Origin: Minisyncoccia bacterium
Lineage (GTDB): Bacteria; Patescibacteriota; Minisyncoccia; Phycocordibacterales; PALSA-1337
Reading direction: 5' to 3'
Length of the DNA stretch: 64,000 bases
Assembly: GCA_049997795.1 (NCBI GenBank)
Contig: JBEKVT010000001.1
Location: 312,241-376,240, forward strand
In this document: positions 18,288-26,918 of the stretch, piece after piece
Position numbering within the stretch: the stretch's first letter is position 1
How the letters are laid out: each line of letters starts with the position of its first letter
Translations under genes and position numbers: made by a program
Notes under the pieces: generated by a model
The model's input: the letters and a program-made list of their open reading frames with translations, nothing else
The model's database searches: none
What the model was told of the DNA's origin: nothing

Positions 18288-18305
18288 TCTCCGATCCTTC
18301 TTGCG

Positions 18306-18337
18306 AGCCCGCGCCTCACCGTGCGGGCTTTTCATTT
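18306..18337 (+). terminator. rho-independent terminator AGCCCGC-(10-nt loop)-GCGGGCT + TTTTCATTT
   Basis: 7-bp GC stem followed by a T-rich tract. The stop codon of the convergent minus-strand gene (18316-18318) lies in the loop. Confidence 0.6.
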
Positions 18338-18984
18338 AATATCTCTTTCAATGGTTCGACATCGGTCTGCCACTTCTCGCCGTCGAACCATTCGAGACCC
18401 TCGAACTGGAGCTTGTAAGTATCTGTCGGCCGCTGGAGCGAACCGAGATAGACGTACTTCATTCCGGCACCTTTAGCATATTGGACGGCCCGGATCATCA
18501 TGCCGAGGCCCATGTCTTTCGGCGCGGCGTTCAGGTCGTAGAACGGATAGGAATAGTGCAGGAAAGACGGATCCTGATGACAGATGGCATAGCCGACGAC
18601 GGAGCCTTGTTTGGAGTAGGTCAATAAGACATTGAAATTGCTTTTGGCATGGTCGGTCAAAAGCTCCTTGATCTTGTTGGCGCTCATCACGTCCGGGCCG
18701 AACTTGGCGGCATAGAAATCTTTCGCCATCTTGCCGATGGACCAATCGTACTCTTCCCGCAAGGGGAGCGTGACCGCTTCGATCTCGAGGCCCTCGGTCT
18801 TCTTCAATATCCGCCGGTTCTCGCTCGAGAGCTCGAACTTCGAGATGTCGATCCTGGCCGAGCGCGTTTGGTGCATGACTCCGCCGCCCTTGCGATTGAA
18901 AAGGAAGCCCCGGCCATACATGGCCGCGACCGGCTTCTCGGAAAGGTCGGAGATCGTTTCCTCTTTCCAGTGCAGGTATTCCAT
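18316..18984 (-). CDS. putative aminoacyl-tRNA--protein transferase-like protein (ATE_C/Bpt-like GNAT fold)
   Basis: 222 aa; C-terminal KYVYLGSLQRPTDTYKLQF...W resembles the Ate1/Bpt C-domain motif (YLGY.I..S.KM.YK). A FemAB-like GNAT is an alternative. Confidence 0.35.
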   Translation of the reverse strand: MEYLHWKEETISDLSEKPVAAMYGRGFLFNRKGGGVMHQTRSARIDISKFELSSENRRILKKTEGLEIEAVTLPLREEYDWSIGKMAKDFYAAKFGPDVMSANKIKELLTDHAKSNFNVLLTYSKQGSVVGYAICHQDPSFLHYSYPFYDLNAAPKDMGLGMMIRAVQYAKGAGMKYVYLGSLQRPTDTYKLQFEGLEWFDGEKWQTDVEPLKEILNEKPAR

Positions 18985-20112
18985 TTAATGCAGGGCCAGC
19001 CAGAAGCCGAAGACCACGAAGATGAAGTGGATGACCCAGAAGCGCATGACCGTCCTCTCCTCGCTCCATCCGGAAAGCTCGAAGTGATGGTGGAGAGGCG
19101 CCATCCGGAAGACCTTCCGGCCGAGGATGTAGCGCGACAGCACCTGGATGATGACGGACAAAGCCTCGATGTAGAACATGAAGCCCAGGAAGAAGAGCGA
19201 GCTCAATTCGCCTATGGCCATGGCATTCACTGCCAGAAGCGCGCCCAAGCCCAGAGAGCCGATGTCTCCCATCATGAATCGGGCCGGCTTGATATTGAAA
19301 TAGGTATAGGCCGCGAGCGAACCGGCGGCTATGGCGTTCATGACGGCGATCTCGCCGAAGCCGTTGATCCACGACAGCATGGTCAGGGCGGTGAAGGTGA
19401 TTATGAGCATGCCTCCAGCCAGGCCGTCCATGCCGTCGGCGATGTTGACGGCGTTGGCCGTGAACATGACGACCAGGACGATGATCGGCACGATGAACCA
19501 GCCGGCGTTCCAGGTCAGGTTCCAGGGGAAATAGACGAAATGCCAGGCCGGTCCGAGCTTGTCATATATCCACCAGGCGGTGATGGAGCCGGCGATGAAT
19601 TGGAGGATGAGCTTCTCGTGGACGAAGACGCCCTTGCCGGGCCGCGAGCCGAACCAGACCGACATTCGCTTGAAGGCCGTCCACGGCAGGGTGGCGGCGT
19701 ACCACAGGCGCATCTTCCAGTCATGATGGACTCGGATCAAAGTGAGGACGTGGTCTAGCTTTCTGGACCGCCGCTCGGCGCCATAGACGTTCATGATGTC
19801 GTCGATCATGCCCAGGGCCGCGGCCATGAGCATGATGCCGACCGGCACGTAGGTGAAGCTCCTGGACCAGTCGAAGAGATAAGTGAGCAGGGCGACGGTG
19901 AAGATGACCAGAAGCCCGCCCATGACGGGGGTAGTCGCCTTGTAAGCGTGTGAGCCTAGGGCGGCCAGCTCGACCTTGGCACCCTTCACGACGTGGAAAC
20001 GGGAGAGGAAGCGTATGAGAAGGGGCGCGAGGAGGAAGGCCACGAACGCGCCGAGGATGGAAAAACCGAAGATGTAGGCCAAATCGGCCGTGCCAGTGAG
20101 GAAAGTTATCAT
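18985..20112 (-). CDS. mraY: phospho-N-acetylmuramoyl-pentapeptide transferase
   Basis: 375 aa, 10-TM profile; conserved DD and NAVN motifs and the MAPLHHHFE signature. Confidence 0.9.
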   Translation of the reverse strand: MITFLTGTADLAYIFGFSILGAFVAFLLAPLLIRFLSRFHVVKGAKVELAALGSHAYKATTPVMGGLLVIFTVALLTYLFDWSRSFTYVPVGIMLMAAALGMIDDIMNVYGAERRSRKLDHVLTLIRVHHDWKMRLWYAATLPWTAFKRMSVWFGSRPGKGVFVHEKLILQFIAGSITAWWIYDKLGPAWHFVYFPWNLTWNAGWFIVPIIVLVVMFTANAVNIADGMDGLAGGMLIITFTALTMLSWINGFGEIAVMNAIAAGSLAAYTYFNIKPARFMMGDIGSLGLGALLAVNAMAIGELSSLFFLGFMFYIEALSVIIQVLSRYILGRKVFRMAPLHHHFELSGWSEERTVMRFWVIHFIFVVFGFWLALH

Positions 20113-20133
20113 CCGCTCCAGAATATCACGAGA

Positions 20134-20916
20134 CTACAGCCACTTCAATCGGCGGAGCTCGGTTTTGGACGCCTTGGCTCTGGCCAGGAGGCGGTTGTCG
20201 ATGCCCTCTTTGCCCTCCTCGATCCAACGCTCCTCGATGATCGGCTTGTCCGGATCGGTTATCTCTATCGACCCCTGCTTCACGCCATTCCCGTATAAGC
20301 CGTCTTCCGGATAAGCCACCGCGTGGGAATAATTCATCTCGACCGGGGTTTGGTCGCGGTATTCGACCTGATGGACGACCAGGATATGATTGCGCCTGCC
20401 ATTGTCTTGTCCGGTCGTCATGGCAACGAAGTCGCCTGGCCGCGCGTCTCGAAGGGCGACAATGCGGCTGTTCTCGTCATGTGTGAGCGTATCTACATCG
20501 CAATTCTCGGCCGGCTGCATGGAACAGCGCATCTTGCCGAAAAGCCCCTTGCAGTTGACGAAAGAGATCTTGCCGTCGAGCGGGCCCTTACCTTGCTCCT
20601 CGTTCTCCGCCGAAAGGACGTAGTAGACGAAGGCGGAACAGTCTATGCCGATGTCGTTATCGACCAGGAGCTTCTTCAAGGATTCGTCGGCCAAGGCTTC
20701 GGTCGAGACGTGATGCTTGACCATGAAAGACTGGGTCTCATCCAAGATGTCTTCCGGGCTGCCCTTGCCGATCTTGGCGCGGAGGGTCATGCGGGCCCCG
20801 ACGGTTTTGTTATTGAAATAGGGGACAGAGCAGATGGCCGAGCCGACCTTGAAATGGAGATACTGGTCGATCACGGCGAGAGCGGCTGGCGAGAGGGTCT
20901 TGGTATTCATGGTCAT
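20134..20916 (-). CDS. hypothetical protein with possible papain-like Cys-peptidase core (NlpC/P60-like)
   Basis: 260 aa; GIDCSAFVYYVL resembles the NlpC/P60 catalytic-Cys motif (G.DCSG.V) with a downstream His (NHILVVHQV). Assignment is tentative. Confidence 0.3.
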   Translation of the reverse strand: MTMNTKTLSPAALAVIDQYLHFKVGSAICSVPYFNNKTVGARMTLRAKIGKGSPEDILDETQSFMVKHHVSTEALADESLKKLLVDNDIGIDCSAFVYYVLSAENEEQGKGPLDGKISFVNCKGLFGKMRCSMQPAENCDVDTLTHDENSRIVALRDARPGDFVAMTTGQDNGRRNHILVVHQVEYRDQTPVEMNYSHAVAYPEDGLYGNGVKQGSIEITDPDKPIIEERWIEEGKEGIDNRLLARAKASKTELRRLKWL

Positions 20917-20921
20917 ACGTC

Positions 20922-22145
20922 CTACGCGACGTCCTGTTTCAGGGCATCCATGATCTCCTTGCCGCTTCCATTGAATTCGCCGTGCTTCTCCATGATGCCC
21001 TCCGTGCTCTGGATGCGGATGAGGTCGGCGTTCTCCTCGGTGTTAGGGTAAGTCACGACGTTGTAACCGGCGAGTTCGAGCGACCCGGCGGCGTCTTCAG
21101 GCACAGACTTCACGGTCTTGGTGACGCGCTGGACGATCTGGGCTCCGTCGGTCACTTCGATGATCGGCTTCGTAAGCGGCTGGCCGAGGAGAGCGGCGAT
21201 GTGAGCCTCGAAAGTCGTCAGGCCTTCGGCGCTCTTGGTGCGCCTCGCTTCTTCCTGCAAGGCCGATTCGAAAGTGACGGAGGCCGGCTGGCGGGCGTTG
21301 ACTTCGACGAGGAACAGCTTGCCGCTTGCGGCATCTTTGATGAGGTCGATGCCGAAGAGGCCGCGCCAGTATTCTTTCTGCATCTTCGCGCCGAGGTCGC
21401 GGACCAGATCCTTGATGAGCTGCATGTCCTCGGCCGAAAGGATGGCCTTAGCCAGAGCCCAATCGTTGCCGACCGTAGCGAATGGGCCGTCGGTGAACGG
21501 CGGAAGGCCGGTTATCTGATAGCTCGGGCTCGCGGCGTAGACGCCGTCGGGCGTCACGACCGCATTCACGGTGAATGATGGGCCCTTCACGTAAGCGGTG
21601 ATGCGGCTCCTGCGCTCGGGGAACTTCTCTTTCAGCGAATTAAGCTCAGCTTCGGAATTTACCAGGATGGTGCCGGCGCCGGTGTGGCCGTGGGCCCATT
21701 GGACGACGAAGGGCTCGCCGTTCCAGGCCACGCTCTTCATGAACTGGATGCGGTGCGATGGCAGGCAATGCTCCAGCTCGGCGAGCCAGGAGACCTGGCT
21801 TATCTTGTTCTCTATCTTCTCGGCCGTCATGGCCGGTGGATTGAGGAGCCGCCAGGCGTGCTCGCGGATGATCGGTTCGATGCGAGCGGTATTCTTGAAG
21901 ATGAGGAGATACGAGTTCGGGACAGCCAGGGCGGCCGCGGCCTTCTCATGTCGCAAGAGGTCGGCGGTGCCGAGGAGATCGCCATGGTCAGGCTCGACCA
22001 GGATGACTGAATCTCGGTACTCGTCCCTGATCTTTTCGCCGTAAGGCGTGCGGTTCGTGACTATGAGGTAATCCTCATTCGGGGCCATACCCAGGGCCCT
22101 TTCGATGTCCCGAGTCACATAGACTATCTTCTCTTTGACGGCCAT
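20922..22145 (-). CDS. ATP-grasp family ligase
   Basis: LFGIDLIKDAASGKLFLVEVNARQ, the ATP-grasp E..N.R Mg/ATP-binding signature. Start chosen at MAVKEKIVYV (22145) rather than the longer track ORF. Confidence 0.5.
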   Translation of the reverse strand: MAVKEKIVYVTRDIERALGMAPNEDYLIVTNRTPYGEKIRDEYRDSVILVEPDHGDLLGTADLLRHEKAAAALAVPNSYLLIFKNTARIEPIIREHAWRLLNPPAMTAEKIENKISQVSWLAELEHCLPSHRIQFMKSVAWNGEPFVVQWAHGHTGAGTILVNSEAELNSLKEKFPERRSRITAYVKGPSFTVNAVVTPDGVYAASPSYQITGLPPFTDGPFATVGNDWALAKAILSAEDMQLIKDLVRDLGAKMQKEYWRGLFGIDLIKDAASGKLFLVEVNARQPASVTFESALQEEARRTKSAEGLTTFEAHIAALLGQPLTKPIIEVTDGAQIVQRVTKTVKSVPEDAAGSLELAGYNVVTYPNTEENADLIRIQSTEGIMEKHGEFNGSGKEIMDALKQDVA

Positions 22146-22199
22146 GGACTGAAGTGTAGAGCGCGGGCGGCAAGCGCGCAAGTATGATATGTTAGGCCC

Positions 22200-22904
22200 A
22201 TGGCAACCCTTTATGTCGTCGGCACGCCCATAGGCAACCTCGAAGACGTCACTCTGAGGGCTCTCAAGGTCCTGGCCTCCGTTGACCTAATCCTCTGCGA
22301 GGATACGAGGGTGACCCGGCGGCTCCTCGAAAGGCACAGCATCAAGACCAAGACTCTCTCATACCACGCGCACAGCAAGCTCTCCCGCGTCGACGAGATC
22401 ATCGGGCTTCTCAAGGAAGGGAAGACATTGGCCCTTGTCTCCGATGCCGGCACGCCTGGAATTTCCGATCCTGGAACGGAATTGGTGGCGCGCATCAGGG
22501 AAAGTCTCTCCGGCGAGATATCACAAGGCCGTCTGAAGATAGAATCCGTGCCCGGACCGTCGGGCCTTACGGCGGCCCTCTCGGTCGCCGGGGTCCCATG
22601 CGCCGATTTCACCTTCCTGGGATTCCTGCCGCACAAGAAGGGCAGGGAGACCTTATTCCGCGAGATAGCGGCTTCGGAGCGCACGGTCGTCTTCTACGAA
22701 TCGCCGCACCGGATCATGAAGACGCTCGGATCACTCACGTCCCATTTGAAGGACGCGCCGGACAAGCGAGTGACCGTCTGTCGAGAGCTTTCGAAAGTCT
22801 TCGAGGAGGTCGTAGGCGGCACGGCTTCGGAAGTCCTGGCCTGTTTCAAGTCGGATCCCGGAACCGTGAGAGGCGAGTTCGTCGTGATTGTGAGCCTCCT
22901 CTAA
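22200..22904 (+). CDS. rsmI: 16S rRNA (cytidine1402-2'-O)-methyltransferase
   Basis: 234 aa; tetrapyrrole-methylase fold N-terminus LYVVGTPIGNLEDVTLRAL...ILCEDTR; conserved GFLP and YESPHR segments. Confidence 0.85.
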   Translation: MATLYVVGTPIGNLEDVTLRALKVLASVDLILCEDTRVTRRLLERHSIKTKTLSYHAHSKLSRVDEIIGLLKEGKTLALVSDAGTPGISDPGTELVARIRESLSGEISQGRLKIESVPGPSGLTAALSVAGVPCADFTFLGFLPHKKGRETLFREIAASERTVVFYESPHRIMKTLGSLTSHLKDAPDKRVTVCRELSKVFEEVVGGTASEVLACFKSDPGTVRGEFVVIVSLL

Positions 22905-22925
22905 GGTGCGCTATAATCAGACATC

Positions 22926-23240
22926 ATGTCCAAAAGGCAGGCACTGATGCTCCTCGGCGTCTGGGTGATGCTCATCCCCGTGTTCTTCGGCTTTCCGGGA
23001 AGCTGGAACGAGCCTATCCTGATCGTCTCGGGCATCCTCATCGTCTTCATCGCTTATCGTTCTGAGCCGAGATCGCCCCAAGAACCGGCCGCTCCGGCTG
23101 ATGCGCCATATGTCGAACACCGCTCTGAACCGGCCGAGGCTTCACCCAACCCGCCCGTTCAGGACATGATCCCCCCAGCTGCTCCCCCCGCTCCATCTGA
23201 TACTCAGATTATCGACGATAACGCGGAGACGGCCTCATGA
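22926..23240 (+). CDS. small membrane protein with Pro-rich C-terminus
   Basis: 104 aa; two predicted TM helices then P/A-rich tail. Overlaps the start of the next gene by 4 nt. Confidence 0.35.
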   Translation: MSKRQALMLLGVWVMLIPVFFGFPGSWNEPILIVSGILIVFIAYRSEPRSPQEPAAPADAPYVEHRSEPAEASPNPPVQDMIPPAAPPAPSDTQIIDDNAETAS

Positions 23241-24454
23241 AGGGGATATGGTTCGCGGTCGCCTTCGCCGGCTGTATCGTCGTCATCCTGGCCTGTTATG
23301 CCTTTTTCGCATTCTCGCCGACGGCCCTGATCTTTTACCTTGACCAAGGAGCGCAGACGGCGACCGAAACCGGCGCGGCGGCCGTGAAGGCGCCGGTAGT
23401 CGCTCATCTCCCGACACCCATGCCGGTCAAGGCCGTATACATAACGGCATGCACGACCAGCTCGAAGCCACTGCGCGAAGCAGTCCTGTCGACTGTCGCC
23501 GGCACGGAGATAAATTCTCTGGCTATAGATCTCAAGGATTATACCGGCACGCTTTCGTACGCTTCGACCTCGGTATCCGAGCCGTACGGCCTCTCGACAT
23601 CCGGAAGACAGACCGGCTGCCGCATAAGCGACCTGCCGCAGTTCGTCACCGAGCTCCACGGGAAAGGCATATACGCGATCGGCCGCATCACGGTCTTCCA
23701 AGACCCGCTCTATGCCTCCGCCCATCCAGATCTGGCGGTGCAGAGCATCTCCCGGCCGGGAAGGCCGTGGACCGACAAGAACGGCCTGGCTTACATCGAC
23801 CCGGATTTCGCTCCGTACTGGGATCGCGTAGCCCAGATCGCCCTGGAGGCCCACTCCATCGGCTTTGACGAGATAAATTTCGATTACATCCGCTTCCCGT
23901 CAGACGGAGTCATGACCGACGCGGAGTTCGCTCTGCCGGCCTCGACGACCAAGGCGGCGGTCATCGCCGATTTCTTCGCATATCTCCAATCCAGGCTCAA
24001 GCCGGAAGGCGTCGTCATGTCGGCCGATCTCTTCGGCCAGACTACGGTCAATCGGGACGACCTCGGCATCGGCCAGATCCTGGAAGACGCCTTGCCTTAT
24101 TTCGATTACGTCTCGCCGATGGTCTATCCGTCGCACTTCGCGGACAATTTCGACGGTTATGCAAATCCGGCGGCTTACCCTTACGAGGTCGTGAGAAGCA
24201 CGATGATATCGGCCGTGGAGCGGGCGGCCGCCGCTTCGTCAACGCCCGACAAGCTCCGGCCATGGCTGCAGGCTTTCGACCTCGGCGCCGTCTATACTCC
24301 GGCTATGGTCCAAGCGGAGAAGCGGGCCGTCTACGATGCAGGCCTTTCCGGCTGGATGCTCTGGAATGCCGGCAGCCGTTACAACAAGGAAGAGCTCATG
24401 CCCGTCTCAGGCTCTGGAACGGAGGGAACCGCTACCGGCACGCCCGTCCGTTAA
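23237..24454 (+). CDS. putative glycoside hydrolase-like TIM-barrel protein (DUF4015/GHL10-like), N-terminal membrane anchor
   Basis: 405 aa; N-terminal TM helix; YIDPDFAPYWDRVAQIALEAHSIGFDEINFDYIRFP segment typical of the DUF4015 putative glycosyl-hydrolase family. Confidence 0.45.
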   Translation: MKGIWFAVAFAGCIVVILACYAFFAFSPTALIFYLDQGAQTATETGAAAVKAPVVAHLPTPMPVKAVYITACTTSSKPLREAVLSTVAGTEINSLAIDLKDYTGTLSYASTSVSEPYGLSTSGRQTGCRISDLPQFVTELHGKGIYAIGRITVFQDPLYASAHPDLAVQSISRPGRPWTDKNGLAYIDPDFAPYWDRVAQIALEAHSIGFDEINFDYIRFPSDGVMTDAEFALPASTTKAAVIADFFAYLQSRLKPEGVVMSADLFGQTTVNRDDLGIGQILEDALPYFDYVSPMVYPSHFADNFDGYANPAAYPYEVVRSTMISAVERAAAASSTPDKLRPWLQAFDLGAVYTPAMVQAEKRAVYDAGLSGWMLWNAGSRYNKEELMPVSGSGTEGTATGTPVR

Positions 24455-24660
24455 GGCTGTCCACACCCCCTTGCTTTTTTCGCAAAAAGTGTTATCATTC
24501 TGCCCCGGATGAATGTATGTGCGTTTTTAGCGCTTGTCCGGCTCTAAACCGCCGGAACACCCCTGTCAGGCGTCCCGCTTGAGAGGGGCGCGTCAATTGT
24601 AGTGACGAAGCGTGTTAACGAACGTACATGCATGCATGTCAGGAAATCGTCCTTACTACC

Positions 24661-24903
24661 ATGATTAAAGGGAAGTCATCGTCGGTTCCCGCCAGTAGCG
24701 GGAAGTCCATTCAAGCCGCACCGAGCGTCTCTGAAGGCTCTAGCGGTGTACCAAATACCGCCGGTCCCAAAGATGATGATGAATACGTGCCTCTCGATGA
24801 GGTACAAGCTCTCCAGAGCTTGGGCAGAGACCGCCGGGGATTCCTCCGTGCCGATCTCAGCCGTGCAGTCTTCATCTCACCGCGTTTCCGTGCCGGAGCT
24901 TGA
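24661..24903 (+). CDS. questionable small ORF (80 aa from MIKGKSS), low-complexity Ser/Gly-rich
   Basis: Only ORF in the 580-bp gap 24455-25033; no motif; may be non-coding regulatory DNA instead. Confidence 0.15.
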   Translation: MIKGKSSSVPASSGKSIQAAPSVSEGSSGVPNTAGPKDDDEYVPLDEVQALQSLGRDRRGFLRADLSRAVFISPRFRAGA

Positions 24904-25003
24904 AAAACTTCTCTGAACCTCGAACGGGCGATTCCAAGGAGGAAATCGCTCAAGACCGTCTAGTCCAGACCCCCGTCCAGCCAAGGAGGGGGTTTGTCTT
25001 TTA

Positions 25004-25012
25004 TGCTATAAT
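25004..25012 (+). promoter_or_regulatory. extended -10 box TGCTATAAT 21 nt upstream of the TraD-like gene
   Basis: Same 9-mer as upstream of radC and the 433-aa ORF; no SD between it and ATG 25034. Confidence 0.4.
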
Positions 25013-25033
25013 CTCAAAAACCGCCCTCTTTCT

Positions 25034-26917
25034 ATGGACGACGACAAGATCACATATTTCGCCGAAACCGACGCCCGGAACAAGCGGGTGAAATTCGGCA
25101 TCAAGGCCAAAGACCGCACTCGCCATGTCTATGTCCTGGGGAAGACCGGCATGGGCAAATCCACCCTGCTCGAGAATATGGCCGTCCAGGACATCAAGAG
25201 CGGGGAAGGCATATGCTTCATAGACCCGCACGGCAAGACGGCCGATCTCCTCATGGAATACGTGCCGAAGGAGCGTGTGAACGACGTCATATACATCGCT
25301 CCGTTCGACACCGAATATCCCATCTCATTCAACGTGCTCGAGAGCGTGGATCAGGACAAGCGGCACCTGGTCGTCTCGGGCTTGATGAGCACTTTCAAGA
25401 AGATCTGGGAGGACGCCTGGTCGGCCCGGATGGAATACATCCTGACCAACACCCTTTTGGCCCTCCTTGAAGCGCCCGGCTCGACCCTTTTGGGCGTTAA
25501 CCGCATGCTCTCCGACAAGGATTACCGCCGGGAGATCGTCTCCCACATCAAGGATCCGTCGGTCAAAGCCTTCTGGACCAAGGAATTCGCCAGCTACACC
25601 GAGCGCATGGCCGCCGAAGCGGTGCCGGCCATCCAGAACAAAGTCGGCCAGTTCACGGCAAACCCCCTGATCAGGAACATGATCGGCCAGCCCCATTCCT
25701 CTTTCGATTTCCGCGAGGCCATGGACAGGCGCAAGATCATCCTCATCAACCTTTCGAAGGGCAAGATCGGCGACGAGAACATGAAGCTTCTGGGAGGCCT
25801 TCTGGTCACCAAGATATATCTTGCCGCCATGTCGAGGTCCGACGTCCACGACAGGGCCATGAAGCTCCTGCCGAATTTCTACCTCTTCGTGGACGAATTC
25901 CAGAACTTCGCCAACGCCTCCTTCGCCGACATCCTCTCCGAGGCCCGAAAATACAAGCTCAATCTGACCATCGCTCACCAGTACGTCGAGCAGATGGACG
26001 AATTGGTGCGTCCAGCCGTCTTCGGCAACGTCGGCACCATGATCATCTTCCGGGTCGGCGCCACGGACGCCGAAGCCCTGGAGAACGAATTCACGCCGCA
26101 ATTCACCATAGAAGATCTGGTCAACCTCGGCTTCGCCCAGATATACCTGAAGCTCATGATCGACGGCCTGACTTCGCCGCCGTTCTCGGCCGTGACTCTG
26201 CCGCCCATCCCGCACCCTGACAGCTCTTACGTCCAGGAGATCATCGCCGCCTCGCGCAAACAGTTCTCCAGGCCTCGTGCTGATGTAGAAGCGGAAGTCA
26301 TCAAGTTCCACGAGCCGATTCCCAAGCCGCCGCCCGCGGCCGTAACGGCAACAGCGAAGCCTTCCTCCACAGCTAAGACTCCCTCGCCGAAGACTCCGGC
26401 GGCCGCCCAACCTATGCCGCCCAAACAGCCGGCACCAGCGCCGACCCATAAGCCTTTCGCCGTTTTGAAGCAGGTAGTCGTGCCGACGCCCTCGGCCGCG
26501 AAGCCGTCAGCCCAACCGGTCTCACCAGCATCGTCGGCATCGACGCCGGTACCGCAAGCGTCAACACCAGTCCCCGTTCAACCCGCGCCCGCTCCGGTCA
26601 AACCAGTTCCATTGTCCTTTCTCGCCCCGAAGCCCGCTCCGCGCGTCGATCCGAAGGTCCCGGTCAAGAAGAATGTCGATGATCTCCGGAGCGCTCTCTC
26701 GGCCGCCTTAGGCGGCAAGCTCCCGACTCCCGTTCCGGCGCAGGAACCCTTGAGGGAGACGTCTCTCGCCAAACCCATCGAAAAAACGCAACCAGCGCGA
26801 CCGCCCCAAGAAACCGCCTCAGCCGAGCCTGCCGCCCCGAAACGGGAAGCGCCGAAAGGGCCGCCCAAAGAGGTCCCGGAAGAGATCTTGAAGAAGCTCC
26901 TCAAGATGGAAGAATGA
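25034..26917 (+). CDS. TraD/VirD4-like coupling-protein-type AAA ATPase (TrwB_AAD_bind-like) with ~230-aa Pro/Ala/Lys-rich C-terminal tail
   Basis: Walker A GKTGMGKST and Walker B LFVDEFQNF. No N-terminal TM helices. Residues ~400-627 are low-complexity (PKPPPAAVTATAKP...). Confidence 0.6.
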   Translation: MDDDKITYFAETDARNKRVKFGIKAKDRTRHVYVLGKTGMGKSTLLENMAVQDIKSGEGICFIDPHGKTADLLMEYVPKERVNDVIYIAPFDTEYPISFNVLESVDQDKRHLVVSGLMSTFKKIWEDAWSARMEYILTNTLLALLEAPGSTLLGVNRMLSDKDYRREIVSHIKDPSVKAFWTKEFASYTERMAAEAVPAIQNKVGQFTANPLIRNMIGQPHSSFDFREAMDRRKIILINLSKGKIGDENMKLLGGLLVTKIYLAAMSRSDVHDRAMKLLPNFYLFVDEFQNFANASFADILSEARKYKLNLTIAHQYVEQMDELVRPAVFGNVGTMIIFRVGATDAEALENEFTPQFTIEDLVNLGFAQIYLKLMIDGLTSPPFSAVTLPPIPHPDSSYVQEIIAASRKQFSRPRADVEAEVIKFHEPIPKPPPAAVTATAKPSSTAKTPSPKTPAAAQPMPPKQPAPAPTHKPFAVLKQVVVPTPSAAKPSAQPVSPASSASTPVPQASTPVPVQPAPAPVKPVPLSFLAPKPAPRVDPKVPVKKNVDDLRSALSAALGGKLPTPVPAQEPLRETSLAKPIEKTQPARPPQETASAEPAAPKREAPKGPPKEVPEEILKKLLKMEE

Positions 26918-26918
26918 C

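Noticed and set aside
18473-19758. ORFs 18473-19372 (-) and 18649-19758 (+) overlapping mraY and the ATE_C-like gene
   Set aside because: They conflict with mraY, which carries unmistakable family signatures. They are GC-frame artefacts.
26330-26900. Possible tandem repeat or CRISPR-like periodicity in the Pro-rich tail coding region
   Set aside because: The protein is low-complexity, but the DNA shows no regular direct repeats with spacers. No CRISPR array is present anywhere in the window.
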